DNA of 64,000 nucleotides from an uncultured Chloroflexia bacterium (GCA_963746845.1 CAVVCZ010000007.1:92938-156937); one strand, 5' to 3'. Positions 45,848-55,873 are shown, counted from the first letter of the stretch. Numbers and translations: made by a program. The notes: generated from the letters alone by a model not told the origin.

Positions 45848-47050
45848 TCAGTTGCCGCCCGGGGTGACCTGGACGGTGCCCTTCTGGAAGTTGGCGCCCT
45901 TGGCGTCGTCGGTGATGCCGGCCAGCGCCTCCTTGACCAGGTCGGACGTGTAGGCGTCGATGCCGGGGGCGTTCTTGATCACCCCGGCGTTCTTGGCGAC
46001 CTTGACGGTCTGTCCCCAGAAGACCGGGTCGATCATCCCGATCCCGAGGGGCGACGGCCAGACCAGCGCGTTGATCTCGTTCATCATCCACTTCTGGTGC
46101 CCGGCGCCGAGCTGGCTGCCCGCGTCGGTCGTGTACTGGACGCAGTCGTCCGGATGGTCGCGGCAGTAGATCCAGCCCTTCAGCGAGGCCCGGATGAAGC
46201 GGACCGCGATGTCCTTGTTCGTGCCCTGGTCGAGCCACGCCTTTCGGGCGAAGATCGCGTCCTGGAGCATCGCGACGCGGTAGTCGTTCCAGTTGATGAC
46301 GTTCAGGTCATCGGGGCTGTACAGGTTGCCCGTCTCGGGGTTCGTCGCCTCGAGGACCTGGGCGTACTCGTTGTAGATCATCGCCTCACCGGCGCTGATC
46401 TCGTGGGCGAGGAACGCCGACATGTTGAAGGCCTGGATGACCTTCTGGTACTGCTTCTTCGGGTCGCCATTGCTCTCGAGGCCCGGCGTCAGGCCGCAGG
46501 TGAGCAGGCCGGCGGTCACCTCGAACTCGTTGCCGAAGTCCCAGACGCCGACCTTCTTGCCGGCGAGCGCGCACGGGTCGGTGATGTTGTCCTTCTTCCA
46601 CGTCACCGACAGCGTCCCGGAGCGCTGGAAGACCTGGGCGATGTCCACGAGGTCGGAGCCGCCCTCGCGAGCCTCGAGGACCTTCGGGACCCAGCTGATC
46701 GTGAACTCGGGGCCGTCGGCCGCGGATCCGACCTGCTGGGGGATGACGTCCGCGCCGCCGGGGAGCATGGTCACCGTCAGGTTCTCGGCCTTGTAGTAGC
46801 CCTGCTTGTCCGCCGCGAAGTAGCCGGCGAACTGGGCCTGCGGGTTCCACTGCAGCTGCAGCCGAACGGTCGCGGCCGCTGCCGCCTGACTGGCCGGGGC
46901 CTGTGACGCCGCCCCGGACGCGGCGGCGGATGGGGCGCCGGTGGATGGCGCCGGGGCCTGCGAGGCCGGCGCCGTCGTGGCTCCATTGGTACATGCGGCG
47001 AAGACGATCGCCGCCACCGCGCTGAGCGCGTAGCCGCGCTTCCTGTCCAT
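45848..47050 (-). CDS. NMT1/THI5-family ABC substrate-binding lipoprotein (pyrimidine-type)
   Basis: Lipobox FAAC, LQLQWNPQAQFAGYFAA, AQVFQRSG, AMIYNEY. Confidence 0.9.
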   Translation of the reverse strand: MDRKRGYALSAVAAIVFAACTNGATTAPASQAPAPSTGAPSAAASGAASQAPASQAAAAATVRLQLQWNPQAQFAGYFAADKQGYYKAENLTVTMLPGGADVIPQQVGSAADGPEFTISWVPKVLEAREGGSDLVDIAQVFQRSGTLSVTWKKDNITDPCALAGKKVGVWDFGNEFEVTAGLLTCGLTPGLESNGDPKKQYQKVIQAFNMSAFLAHEISAGEAMIYNEYAQVLEATNPETGNLYSPDDLNVINWNDYRVAMLQDAIFARKAWLDQGTNKDIAVRFIRASLKGWIYCRDHPDDCVQYTTDAGSQLGAGHQKWMMNEINALVWPSPLGIGMIDPVFWGQTVKVAKNAGVIKNAPGIDAYTSDLVKEALAGITDDAKGANFQKGTVQVTPGGN

Positions 47051-47194
47051 TGGCTCCTCCTGCCTCCACGCTCGGCCCCACGCCGAAGCGCTGCTCGGAC
47101 GCGACGTGTGCAACCGTCGAGGGCGGAAGGATACGACCTCGGGACGGGTGCGTCTCGCCGGTTTCGGGCCGAATCGGTGCCGGGTCGGCGTCCC

Positions 47195-48034
47195 TCAGGC
47201 GTCGCCGCGCTGGGTCGCATGCCAGGGGATCACGAGCCGCTCGATCCCGACCACGATCAGGTAGAAGACGATCCCCGTTGCCGCCCCGAGAAGGATGGCG
47301 GCCCACGTGATATCGAACTTCAGGGCGCTCGCGCTCTGGACGATCATCCGGCCCAGAACGGTCGCCGAGCCGCCGAAATACTCGGCCACGATCGCCCCGA
47401 TCAGGCTGAGGGTCGTAGCGACCTTCATTGCCGTGAAGAAGTACGGGAGCGCGTTCGGGACGCGGACCTTCCGGAGGATCGCGCCGTCGCTCGCCGCGTA
47501 GGAGCGCATCAGCTCGACGGCTGCCGGATCGACCTCGACGAGGCCGCGGAGGACGTTTGCCATCACCGGGAAGAACACGAGGACCGCGGCCATGAGCGCC
47601 TTCGACAGGGGGTTGATCAGCCCGAACCAGTTGTTGAGCAACGGGGCCAGGGCGATGATCGGCACCGCGTTCGCGGCCACGGCGAGGGGCAGCAGGATCC
47701 CGCGTGCCGTGACGAAGCGGACCGAAGCGAAGGCGACGAGGAGTCCGGCCAGCGTCCCGACCAGCAGGCCGATCAGGGCCTCCTGCAGGGTCGCAAGTGC
47801 GGACGGCAACAGGGCGAAGCGGCCTTCCCCCCAGTTCGCCTGGAGCGCGGCAAGGATCGCCGAGGGCTTCGGGAGGACGAACTTCTGGAGGTTCATCGCG
47901 CCGACGGCGAGCTCCCACAGGGCGATCGCGCCGACGAAGACGAGGACCGCCGGCAGGTACCAGGCCACGGTCCGGATCAGTCGCGAGCCACGACCGGGCA
48001 GCTGTCGGTCCGGCTGCGCCGTGGTCGCGCTCAC
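47195..48034 (-). CDS. ABC permease (TauC/SsuC-like)
   Basis: LPKPSAI, PIIALAPL, ELMRSYAAS, PNALPYFF, GAIVAEY. Confidence 0.92.
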   Translation of the reverse strand: MSATTAQPDRQLPGRGSRLIRTVAWYLPAVLVFVGAIALWELAVGAMNLQKFVLPKPSAILAALQANWGEGRFALLPSALATLQEALIGLLVGTLAGLLVAFASVRFVTARGILLPLAVAANAVPIIALAPLLNNWFGLINPLSKALMAAVLVFFPVMANVLRGLVEVDPAAVELMRSYAASDGAILRKVRVPNALPYFFTAMKVATTLSLIGAIVAEYFGGSATVLGRMIVQSASALKFDITWAAILLGAATGIVFYLIVVGIERLVIPWHATQRGDA

Positions 48035-48894
48035 CCGACCGCGCCCTCGGCCATCGTGCGCTCGACCGAGGCGTCCGCCGATCCAGTGACCGTGCCCGCG
48101 TCGTCGAGGTCGCCGCCGCCCTTGCGGAGGGCCTCGCGGACCGCGGTGACCAGCTCGAAATAGCGCCGCGTCTCGCGGGTGTCGTCGTTCCGCGGCCGGG
48201 GCAGGTCGATGTCGATCACCTCGGTGATCCGGCCCGGCCGGGCGCTCATCACCACGACCCGTGACGAGAGGAAGACTGCCTCGGGGATCGAGTGGGTCAC
48301 GAACAGGATCGTCGTGCCGGTCCGCTCCCAGATCCGGAGGACCTCGCCGTTCATCCGTTCGCGGGTCATCTCGTCGAGGGCGCCGAACGGCTCGTCCATC
48401 AGAAGGATCGACGGCTCGAACGACAGGGCCCGGGCGATCGCCACGCGCTGCTGCATCCCGCCCGACAGCTGGAAGGGGTGGTGCTTGAGGAAGTCGCCGA
48501 GCTCGACGAGGTCGAGCATCTCCTTCGCGCGCGCCGTCCGGCGGGCGCCGTCCCAGCCCAGGATCTCGAGCGGGAGCTTGACGTTGTCCTCGACCGTCCG
48601 CCAGTCGAACAGGACGGGCGCCTGGAAGACCATGCCGTAATCGCGGTCGCTGCGCGCCTGTTCGGCGGTCTTGCCATTGACCGTGACGGTCCCGGTCGAG
48701 GGCGACGTCAGGTCCGCGACGATCCGCAGCAGCGTCGACTTGCCGCACCCGGACGGCCCGATCAGCGACACGAACTCGCCGCGGGCCACATCGAGATCGA
48801 TCGCCTCAAGGGCCTTGGTCACGACGCGGTCGCCCCGGCTGAACGTCTTGTCGACGCCGGCGATGCGGACGACGGGGGCGGCGGATTCGGTCAT
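48031..48894 (-). CDS. ABC ATP-binding protein (TauB/SsuB-like)
   Basis: GPSGCGKST, LSGGMQQR, MDEPFGALD, VTHSIPEAV. Confidence 0.95.
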   Translation of the reverse strand: MTESAAPVVRIAGVDKTFSRGDRVVTKALEAIDLDVARGEFVSLIGPSGCGKSTLLRIVADLTSPSTGTVTVNGKTAEQARSDRDYGMVFQAPVLFDWRTVEDNVKLPLEILGWDGARRTARAKEMLDLVELGDFLKHHPFQLSGGMQQRVAIARALSFEPSILLMDEPFGALDEMTRERMNGEVLRIWERTGTTILFVTHSIPEAVFLSSRVVVMSARPGRITEVIDIDLPRPRNDDTRETRRYFELVTAVREALRKGGGDLDDAGTVTGSADASVERTMAEGAVG

Positions 48895-48916
48895 CGGTCG
48901 GCGTCTCCTCGATCGG

Positions 48917-49843
48917 TCAGGCGTCGGCGGGGCGGCGGCCGCGCAGGACGACCCGCTCGATCGTGTCGATGACGAGGTAGAACGTGAGCCCGAGGATCCC
49001 GGCCGCGACGATCGAGGCCCACAGCTTCTCCGGCCCCGTGATGTAGTACTGGTTGTAGTTGATGATCGCCCGCCCGAGGCCGTCGGCGATCCCGCCCGGG
49101 CCCTCGCCGATGATCGCCCCGACGATGCTCGCTGTCGCCGCGATCTTCAGGGCGGTGAACAGGTACGGGAGGGATGCCGGAAATCGGAGTCGCCGGTAGA
49201 TCGTCCACCGGCTGGCAGCGTACGACCGCATCAGCTCCAGCGCCCGCGGGTCAAAGGAGCGCAGGCCGCGGATCATCGCGATGGTCACGGGAAAGAAGGT
49301 GAGGTACGTCGCGATCACGACGACCGACATCACGTTCGCGCCGAGGGCGAAGACGATCAACGGTGCCAGGGCGATGATCGGGACGGTCTGGCTCGCCACG
49401 ACATAGGGGACGAGTGCCCGCTCGAGCAGCCGCGAGTGGACGAAGATCGTTGCCAGCAGGAGGCCGATCAGCGCCCCGAAGATGAACCCGATCAGCGCCT
49501 CGCGCCACGTGTAGAGCGACGCATCGAACAGGAACTGGGCGACGTTGCGGTCGGCGCCGCGCTGCCACGGCTCGTTGAACGTCAGGACGATGTTCCAGAT
49601 GTGGGGCAGGTTCAGGTCGTTGGCGAACGCCCACCGGAACGGCGGGTTCCAGAGGACCGGCGAGCCGGGCTGGGCGAGCGGCGCCCGCCACGGGGTTCCG
49701 CCGAGGAACTTCGCCCCCTCCCAGACGAGGAACACGACGAGGACCACGGCCAGCCCGACGAGCAGGCCGCGTCCGCGCCGGCGGCCGGCACCGGCCGATG
49801 GCGCCGCCGAGAGACCGCCGCGGGTGGCGGTCGCCGTCGCCAT
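48917..49843 (-). CDS. ABC permease (TauC/SsuC-like)
   Basis: SQTVPIIALAP, ELMRSYAAS, LRFPASLPYLF, GAIIGE. Confidence 0.92.
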   Translation of the reverse strand: MATATATRGGLSAAPSAGAGRRRGRGLLVGLAVVLVVFLVWEGAKFLGGTPWRAPLAQPGSPVLWNPPFRWAFANDLNLPHIWNIVLTFNEPWQRGADRNVAQFLFDASLYTWREALIGFIFGALIGLLLATIFVHSRLLERALVPYVVASQTVPIIALAPLIVFALGANVMSVVVIATYLTFFPVTIAMIRGLRSFDPRALELMRSYAASRWTIYRRLRFPASLPYLFTALKIAATASIVGAIIGEGPGGIADGLGRAIINYNQYYITGPEKLWASIVAAGILGLTFYLVIDTIERVVLRGRRPADA

Positions 49844-49846
49844 CGG

Positions 49847-51181
49847 CTAGCCCGCGACGACCTGGTCGGCGATGTCGAGGGCGCCGTCGATGATCGCGAA
49901 GCCCTCCGCCAGCTGCTCCTCGGTGATGCACAGCGGCGGGTTGGTGTGGATCGAGTTGTTCGCGATCATCGTGTACAGGCCGTGCTCGCGGAGGGACTTC
50001 CCGATCGCCTTCATCTCGTCGCTGGTGCCGTTGAAGGGCGTCATCGGCGTCCACGGGTCGTGGCTGCGGACGAGGTCGAGGATCCCGAACAGGCCGAGGT
50101 TACGGTGGGCGCCAACCGACGGGTGGCGGGCCGCCAGGTCCTCGTGGTGGCGGCGCATCACCGGACCGAGCCGGGCGGCGTTCTCGATCAGCCCGTCCTC
50201 CTCGTATACGCCGATGTTCGCGAGGGCGGCGGCGCACGACACCGCGTGGCTGGAGTACGTCAGGCCGCCGTAGTAGAAGTTCGTGTCGAAGTGCTCCGCG
50301 ATCCTGTGGTTCATCGCCACGGCGCCGAGCGGCAGGTACGACGACGTCAGGCCCTTGGCCATGGTCAGCAGGTCCGGGACGGTGTCCCAGTGCTGGATCG
50401 CGAACCACCGGCCCGTCCGCCCGAAGCCCGCCATCACCTCGTCGGCGACCATCAGGATCCCGTACCGGTCGCACAGCTCCCGGACGCCCTGGATGTAGCC
50501 GTCAGGCGGGATGAGGATCCCGTTCGTCCCGACGATCGTCTCGAGGAAGATCGCCGCGATCGTGTGCGGGCCCTCGTAGCGGATCACGTCCTCGAGACCC
50601 TGGAGGCTCTCCGCGGCGGGGCGTGGCTCCTTCTCGCCCCAGCGGTGCGTGTCCGGGTAGCGGACGACCCCGACGAGCGCGGGCTCGTTGGCCCAGCGGC
50701 GCGGGTCGCCGGTCAACGTCATCGCCCCGAGCGTCGCCCCGTGATACGCGCGGTACCGGGCGAGGATCTTGTGCCGGCCCGTGTACGCCCGCGCGAGCTT
50801 GATCGCGTTCTCGATCGCCTCGGCGCCGCCGAGCGTCAGGAACACCTTGTCGAGATCACCGGGCAGGATCTCGGCGAGCTTGGCCCCGAGCCGGGCCCGC
50901 GGCTCCGTCGCGAACGCCGGCTGGACGTACTGGAGCTTCGTCGCCTGGGCGGTGATCGCGTCGATCACCCGGCGATCCCCGTGACCGATGTTCACCGACA
51001 TCAGCTGGCTGTTGAAGTCGAGGATCCGCTGGCCCTCGGGGGTGTACAGGTAGACGCCCTCGGCCCGGTCGATCGCGATCGGGTCGATCGCGCCCTGGGC
51101 GGACCACGAGAAGAAGGTGTGGGCGCGGCTGAGCTGCACGATCTCGGCGCTGGACATCGTGCTCGCGGATTCGACGGCCAT
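49847..51181 (-). CDS. Class III PLP aminotransferase (beta-alanine/omega-amino acid type)
   Basis: DFNSQLMSVNIGH, GGAEAIENA, YHGAT, ADEVMAGFGRTG, MAKGLTSSY, GLTYSSH. Confidence 0.93.
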   Translation of the reverse strand: MAVESASTMSSAEIVQLSRAHTFFSWSAQGAIDPIAIDRAEGVYLYTPEGQRILDFNSQLMSVNIGHGDRRVIDAITAQATKLQYVQPAFATEPRARLGAKLAEILPGDLDKVFLTLGGAEAIENAIKLARAYTGRHKILARYRAYHGATLGAMTLTGDPRRWANEPALVGVVRYPDTHRWGEKEPRPAAESLQGLEDVIRYEGPHTIAAIFLETIVGTNGILIPPDGYIQGVRELCDRYGILMVADEVMAGFGRTGRWFAIQHWDTVPDLLTMAKGLTSSYLPLGAVAMNHRIAEHFDTNFYYGGLTYSSHAVSCAAALANIGVYEEDGLIENAARLGPVMRRHHEDLAARHPSVGAHRNLGLFGILDLVRSHDPWTPMTPFNGTSDEMKAIGKSLREHGLYTMIANNSIHTNPPLCITEEQLAEGFAIIDGALDIADQVVAG

Positions 51182-51288
51182 GGCGGGCTCCCGCTCGGTG
51201 CGTTCGGACGTGCGGCGATTGTCGCAGATGGCGCGACCCGCGCCGGGTCGTCGTTTCGGGTCCCGGCAGCGGCTACGATCGCGGCGCC

Positions 51289-52545
51289 GTGACGTCCCCG
51301 TCCCTCTGGCGACATGCCGACTTCCTGAAGCTGTGGGCCGGCCAGACCGTGTCCGAGCTGGGCTCGGTCGTCACGCGCACTGCCGTGCCCCTCGTCGCGC
51401 TGCTCGTCCTGGGTGCGGGGCCCTTCGAGATGGCGCTCATCGTGGTCGCGGGCAGCCTGGCGGTCCTCCTCGTCGGCTTCCTCGCCGGGGCCTGGGTGGA
51501 CCGGCTCCGGCGCCGCCCGCTCCTCATCGGGACGGACGCGCTCCGGGCCTTCCTCCTGTTCTCGATCCCGCTTGCCTACGCCGCCGGGGTCCTGCGGATG
51601 GAGCAGCTCTATCTGGTGACCTTTGTCGAGGGCTGCCTCGGCGCGTTGTTCGACGCGGCCTACCCCGCGTACGTCCCCTCGCTCATCGGCGTCGATCGCG
51701 TCGTCGACGGCAACAGCAAGCTCGCAACGAGCTCATCGCTCGCCGAGATCGGCGGGCCCGGCCTCGCGGGCGGCCTGGTCCAGCTGGTCAGCGCCCCGTT
51801 CGCGATCCTCGTCGACGCCGTGTCGTTCGGGGTCTCCGCGATCTCGCTCCTCCTCATCCGCACGCCGGAGCCGCCGCGACCACCACGGACGGCCACGACC
51901 CCGATCCGGCTGGAGATCGTCGAAGGCCTCCGGCTCGTCCTCCGCCACCGGGTGCTCCGCCCGATCGCGATGCGGTCCGTCGTCGCGCATGTCGCCGGGT
52001 CGTTCTACGGGGTCCTGTACACCATCTACCTCATCGACGAGCTGCATCTCACGCCGTTCCTGCTCGGGGTGGTGATCTCGGCGGGCGGCGTCGGGGCGCT
52101 GATCGGCTCGCTGTTCGCGTCGCGCGTCATCGGCCGGTTCGGGCTGGGCCCGGCATTGATCGGGACCGCGACGGGGGCGGCGGCGCTGGGCATCCTGACC
52201 CCGCTGGCGCAGGGCCCGGTCCTCGTGGCGACCCTCATGGTGTTCATCCCGCAGCTGGTGGGCGACGGCCTGCAGACGATCGAGGGGGTCGCGGAGCTGT
52301 CGCTGATCCAGGGCCTCAGCCCGGATCGGATCCTCGGCCGGGTCAACGCGACGCTCGAGGTGTTCTCGCACGGGATCGCCTACCCGATCGGCGCGCTCGC
52401 GGCGGCCGGCGTCGCGGACGTCATCGGGGTGCGGGGCGGGATCGCGCTCGGCTGGGCGGGCATGGCCGTCTCGATCCTGTTCCTCGTGTTCTCGCCGCTG
52501 CCGCGGATCCGGACCACTTCCGACGAGGCCGCCTGGTCCGCCTGA
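51289..52545 (+). CDS. MFS transporter (EntS/MefA-like)
   Basis: DFLKLWAGQTVS, AGAWVDRLRRR, GRVNA; ~12 TM. Confidence 0.92.
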   Translation: MTSPSLWRHADFLKLWAGQTVSELGSVVTRTAVPLVALLVLGAGPFEMALIVVAGSLAVLLVGFLAGAWVDRLRRRPLLIGTDALRAFLLFSIPLAYAAGVLRMEQLYLVTFVEGCLGALFDAAYPAYVPSLIGVDRVVDGNSKLATSSSLAEIGGPGLAGGLVQLVSAPFAILVDAVSFGVSAISLLLIRTPEPPRPPRTATTPIRLEIVEGLRLVLRHRVLRPIAMRSVVAHVAGSFYGVLYTIYLIDELHLTPFLLGVVISAGGVGALIGSLFASRVIGRFGLGPALIGTATGAAALGILTPLAQGPVLVATLMVFIPQLVGDGLQTIEGVAELSLIQGLSPDRILGRVNATLEVFSHGIAYPIGALAAAGVADVIGVRGGIALGWAGMAVSILFLVFSPLPRIRTTSDEAAWSA

Positions 52546-52636
52546 CCCGTCCCCCGGTTCATGACGACGCCTGACGCGTTTCCGACGGACCCTGTGCACA
52601 CGAGCTCGCCGTTGGCGACACGAGACGAGGCTGACC

Positions 52637-53002
52637 ATGGACCATGCGACGTTCCAGGACTGGCTCAACCGCTACATCGACGCCTGGCGGACCGGTGACG
52701 CGGCCGCGATCGGCGACCTGTTCAGCACGGACGCGCGGTACTTCTACGGGCCGTACCGCGAGCCGGTGGTCGGGCGCGACGCGATCGTGCGCGACTGGAC
52801 GGCCGAGCCGGACGCACCGGGGTCGTGGGAGGCCGAGTACCGGCCGCTCGCGATCGAGGGCAGCACCGCGGTGTCGATCGGCGAGTCACGCTACGCGGAT
52901 GGCAAGGTCTACAGCAACATCTTCGTGTGCACGTTCGACGGGACCGGCCGGTGCACCGAGTTCCGCGAGTGGTTCGTGAGGCAATCGCGGGCCGACGGCT
53001 AG
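52637..53002 (+). CDS. SnoaL-like / NTF2 family protein
   Basis: WLNRYIDAW, LFSTDARY, GRDAI, YSNIF, CTEFREW. Confidence 0.88.
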   Translation: MDHATFQDWLNRYIDAWRTGDAAAIGDLFSTDARYFYGPYREPVVGRDAIVRDWTAEPDAPGSWEAEYRPLAIEGSTAVSIGESRYADGKVYSNIFVCTFDGTGRCTEFREWFVRQSRADG

Positions 53003-53098
53003 CGGGAGCATCCTCCCGACCGATTGACAGCAGTTCCTCGACGCCGGACGCGACGCCCGCACCGGCCTGAGCGTCGGCGGCGCGAACCGCCTCCGAGG

Positions 53099-54055
53099 TC
53101 AGGGTCGCAGCACGGTCAGCGCCCCGGGCAGGCACTCGGCCGTGACCCAGTCCGCCCGGTGGTGGTCGCCATCGACCTGGAAGGGCTCGGTCGGCCGGGC
53201 CGTCACGCTGACCCGCTGCGCGCGGATTCGGAGTGAGCGCTTCCGATCGTGGGGCGGGTCGTCGTCGGCGAGCAGCACCTCGGCCAGACCGACGAGGCCG
53301 CCAACCGCGCCGGCGGCACGAATGACGATGACGTCGAGCAGGCCGTCGGCGGGATCGATCGGCCGGCGCGGGCCCACGAGCCCGGGCACGATCTGCCCGC
53401 AGTTGGCGAGCATCACGACGAGCCCGGTCGCCTCGTGGACGTCGCCATCCGCCTCGATCCGGAACTCGACCGGGCGGAGGCGGGCCGCCTCGAGGGCCGT
53501 GGACACGACGTAGGCGCTGAACCCGATCCGGCGCTTCAGCTCGGCTGTCGTGCGCTCCATGACCCGGGCATCCAGGCCCAGGCCGCAGGCGACGACGAAG
53601 CTCCGACGGTGGGCGGCTCGGTCGTCCGGCCGGCCGTCGTTGCCGAACGGACCCCACGTCGCCGCGCCAACATCCACCCGGTCCGGCCGGCCTGACGCGA
53701 TCAGCTCGATCGCGGACGAGAGCCCGCGCGGGATCCGGAGGGCCGACGCGAAGACGTTGCCCGTCCCGGCCGGCACGACCGCCAGCGGGACCCCGCTCCC
53801 GAGCAGCGATTCCGCTGCGTCGCGGATCGTGCCGTCGCCGCCCATGACGACGACGAGCGGCGCCGCATCGGCCGCCGCCAGGGCGCGGCGCGCTGCCGCC
53901 GGCGTCGTGTCCGCGACGACCGGGCGCGCTCCGGTCCGCGCCTCGACCGCCTTCACGACGTCCGCGACGAGTCGCCGTCGGCGGTCGGGATCCACGAGCT
54001 TCGAGGCGTGTGGGTTGACGACGACGAGCGGGGGGTCGAAGCGCGTCTCGGGCAT
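53099..54055 (-). CDS. Diacylglycerol kinase family protein
   Basis: VNP, GGDGT, PAGTGN, GLGLDA, DGLLDV, QVDGD. Confidence 0.92.
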   Translation of the reverse strand: MPETRFDPPLVVVNPHASKLVDPDRRRRLVADVVKAVEARTGARPVVADTTPAAARRALAAADAAPLVVVMGGDGTIRDAAESLLGSGVPLAVVPAGTGNVFASALRIPRGLSSAIELIASGRPDRVDVGAATWGPFGNDGRPDDRAAHRRSFVVACGLGLDARVMERTTAELKRRIGFSAYVVSTALEAARLRPVEFRIEADGDVHEATGLVVMLANCGQIVPGLVGPRRPIDPADGLLDVIVIRAAGAVGGLVGLAEVLLADDDPPHDRKRSLRIRAQRVSVTARPTEPFQVDGDHHRADWVTAECLPGALTVLRP

Positions 54056-54162
54056 GGCCGCCAGTGTGGCCCAGCCGGCCCGCCCCGGCACGCGACGGCC
54101 CGCGCTCGCCGCGCGGCGCGCGGTGTACCCTCTCCCCTTCTCCGATCGTGCGAGGTGCCCGA

Positions 54163-55014
54163 ATGCCGCGAAACGTCCGAGGCGCGCTGCTGCAGGCGAG
54201 CTGGACCGGTGACAAGGAATCGATGATCCAGAAGCACGAGGCGGCCGCCCATGAGGCGTCGAAGCAGGGCGCCCAGGTGATGCTCTTCCAGGAGCTGTTC
54301 TACGGCCCGTACTTCTGCCAGGTGCAGGACGCCCAGTACTACAGCTACACGGAGCTGATCCCGGACGGCCCGACCACGAAGCGGATGCAGGACCTCGCGA
54401 AGCAGACCGGGATGGTCCTCGTCGTGCCGATGTACGAGGAGGACGAGACGGCGTCGGGGATCTACTACAACACCGCCGCGGTCATCGACGCCGACGGGTC
54501 GTACCTGGGCAAGTACCGCAAGACGCACATCCCGCACGTCAAGGGCTTCTGGGAGAAGTTCTACTTCCGGCCCGGCAACCTCGGCTATCCGGTCTTCGAG
54601 ACCGCAGTCGGCAAGGTCGGCGTGTACATCTGCTACGACCGCCACTTCCCCGAGGGCGCCCGGGCACTGGGCCTGAACGGTGCCGAGATGGTCTTCATCC
54701 CGAGCGCGACGTCGCGCGGCCTGAGCGAGTACCTGTGGCGGATCGAGCAGGTCAGCCACGCGGTCGCGAACGGCTACTTCGTCGGGACGATCAACCGGGT
54801 CGGGATCGAGGCCGACATCGGCGACGACGACTTCTACGGCCAGAGCTACTTCTGCGACCCGCGCGGCCAGTTCATCGGCGACGTCGGCTCGGCCCACGAC
54901 GAGGAGCTCATCGTCCGGGACATGGACCTCGACAAGATCACCGAGGTCCGCCAGACGTGGCAGTTCTACCGGGATCGCCGGCCGGACGCGTACGACGACC
55001 TCGTGAGGCCCTGA
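54163..55014 (+). CDS. Nitrilase-family C-N hydrolase, beta-ureidopropionase-like
   Basis: FQELFYGPYFC, YRKTHIP, FWEKFYFRPG, YICYDRHFPE, FYRDRRP. Confidence 0.93.
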   Translation: MPRNVRGALLQASWTGDKESMIQKHEAAAHEASKQGAQVMLFQELFYGPYFCQVQDAQYYSYTELIPDGPTTKRMQDLAKQTGMVLVVPMYEEDETASGIYYNTAAVIDADGSYLGKYRKTHIPHVKGFWEKFYFRPGNLGYPVFETAVGKVGVYICYDRHFPEGARALGLNGAEMVFIPSATSRGLSEYLWRIEQVSHAVANGYFVGTINRVGIEADIGDDDFYGQSYFCDPRGQFIGDVGSAHDEELIVRDMDLDKITEVRQTWQFYRDRRPDAYDDLVRP

Positions 55015-55044
55015 GCGGCACCGAGCCGACGCGGAGACGCCCCG

Positions 55045-55425
55045 ATGGATTTCGGCTTCACGCTGAAACCCGAGAACTCGATCGAGCGGACGATCGCCCT
55101 CACCCGCCAGGCCGAGGCCGCCGGGTTCATGGCCGGTTGGCTGTTCGACTCGCATGTCCTGTGGCGCGACCCCTATCCGCTCCTGACGCTCATGGCTGGC
55201 GCAACCAAGCGGATGCGCCTCGGGACGTGCGTCACGAATCCGGCCACCCGCGAGCCCAGCGTCACGGCCTCCGTCCTCGCGACCCTCGACGAGCTGAGCG
55301 AGGGCCGGATGGACCTGGGCATCGGCCGGGGGGACTCCGCGCGGCGAGTCCTCGGCAAGCCACCGACGACGATGGCGACGCTCGAGGAAGCGATCACGGT
55401 CATCCGGACCCTGGTCGCAGGCGAG
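55045..55425 (+). CDS. LLM-class F420-dependent oxidoreductase (TIGR03842-like), N-terminal part only, broken at the chimeric junction
   Basis: MDFGFTLKP, WLFDSHVLW, GTCVTNPATR, GIGRGDSARRVLG. Confidence 0.85.
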
Positions 55426-55873
55426 CACGCGAAGCTGACGCCTGTCCACTACAAGGGCGCGGCGCCGGCGCTGACCGATGTCGTCGCCGGACACATCCCG
55501 ATGATGTTCGTGAGCACCGGGATGATCGTACAGCCGTGGAAGGCCGGCAAGCTCAGGCCGGCTGGGCACAGGGCGGCCCGGCGGTATCCCGCAATTGCCG
55601 AATTGCCGACCGTCGCCGAAACCTTGCCCGGGTTCACGGCGGTGGTGTGGTTCGGACTGTTTGCGCCGAGCGGGACGCCGCGCGAAATCGTCACGAAGAT
55701 CAACGAGAGCGTGCAGCGCATCCTCGCCGAACCAGCTTTCCGCGAACGGACCCTCGTGCCAAACTTTTATAAATCGATCCGGCGCACCCGAGCAGTTCGC
55801 CGAGCATATCCGCGCGGATGCCGCGCGCTGGAGCAAGGTGATCCGGGATGCCAAAATCGCGATCCCCGAATGA
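55426..55873 (+). CDS. Bug/TctC tripartite tricarboxylate transporter receptor, C-terminal fragment, frameshifted
   Basis: VHYKGAAPALTDVVAGHI, LPTVAETLPGF, WFGLFAPSGTP, RWSKVIRDAKI. Confidence 0.88.

Noticed and set aside
160-51292. Long alternative ORFs (160-1758 +, 6095-8539 -, 34110-35939 +, 5' part of 39793-42912 +, 48671-51292 +)
   Set aside because: Shadow frames of real genes in very GC-rich DNA; Arg/Pro/Gly-rich translations with no motifs
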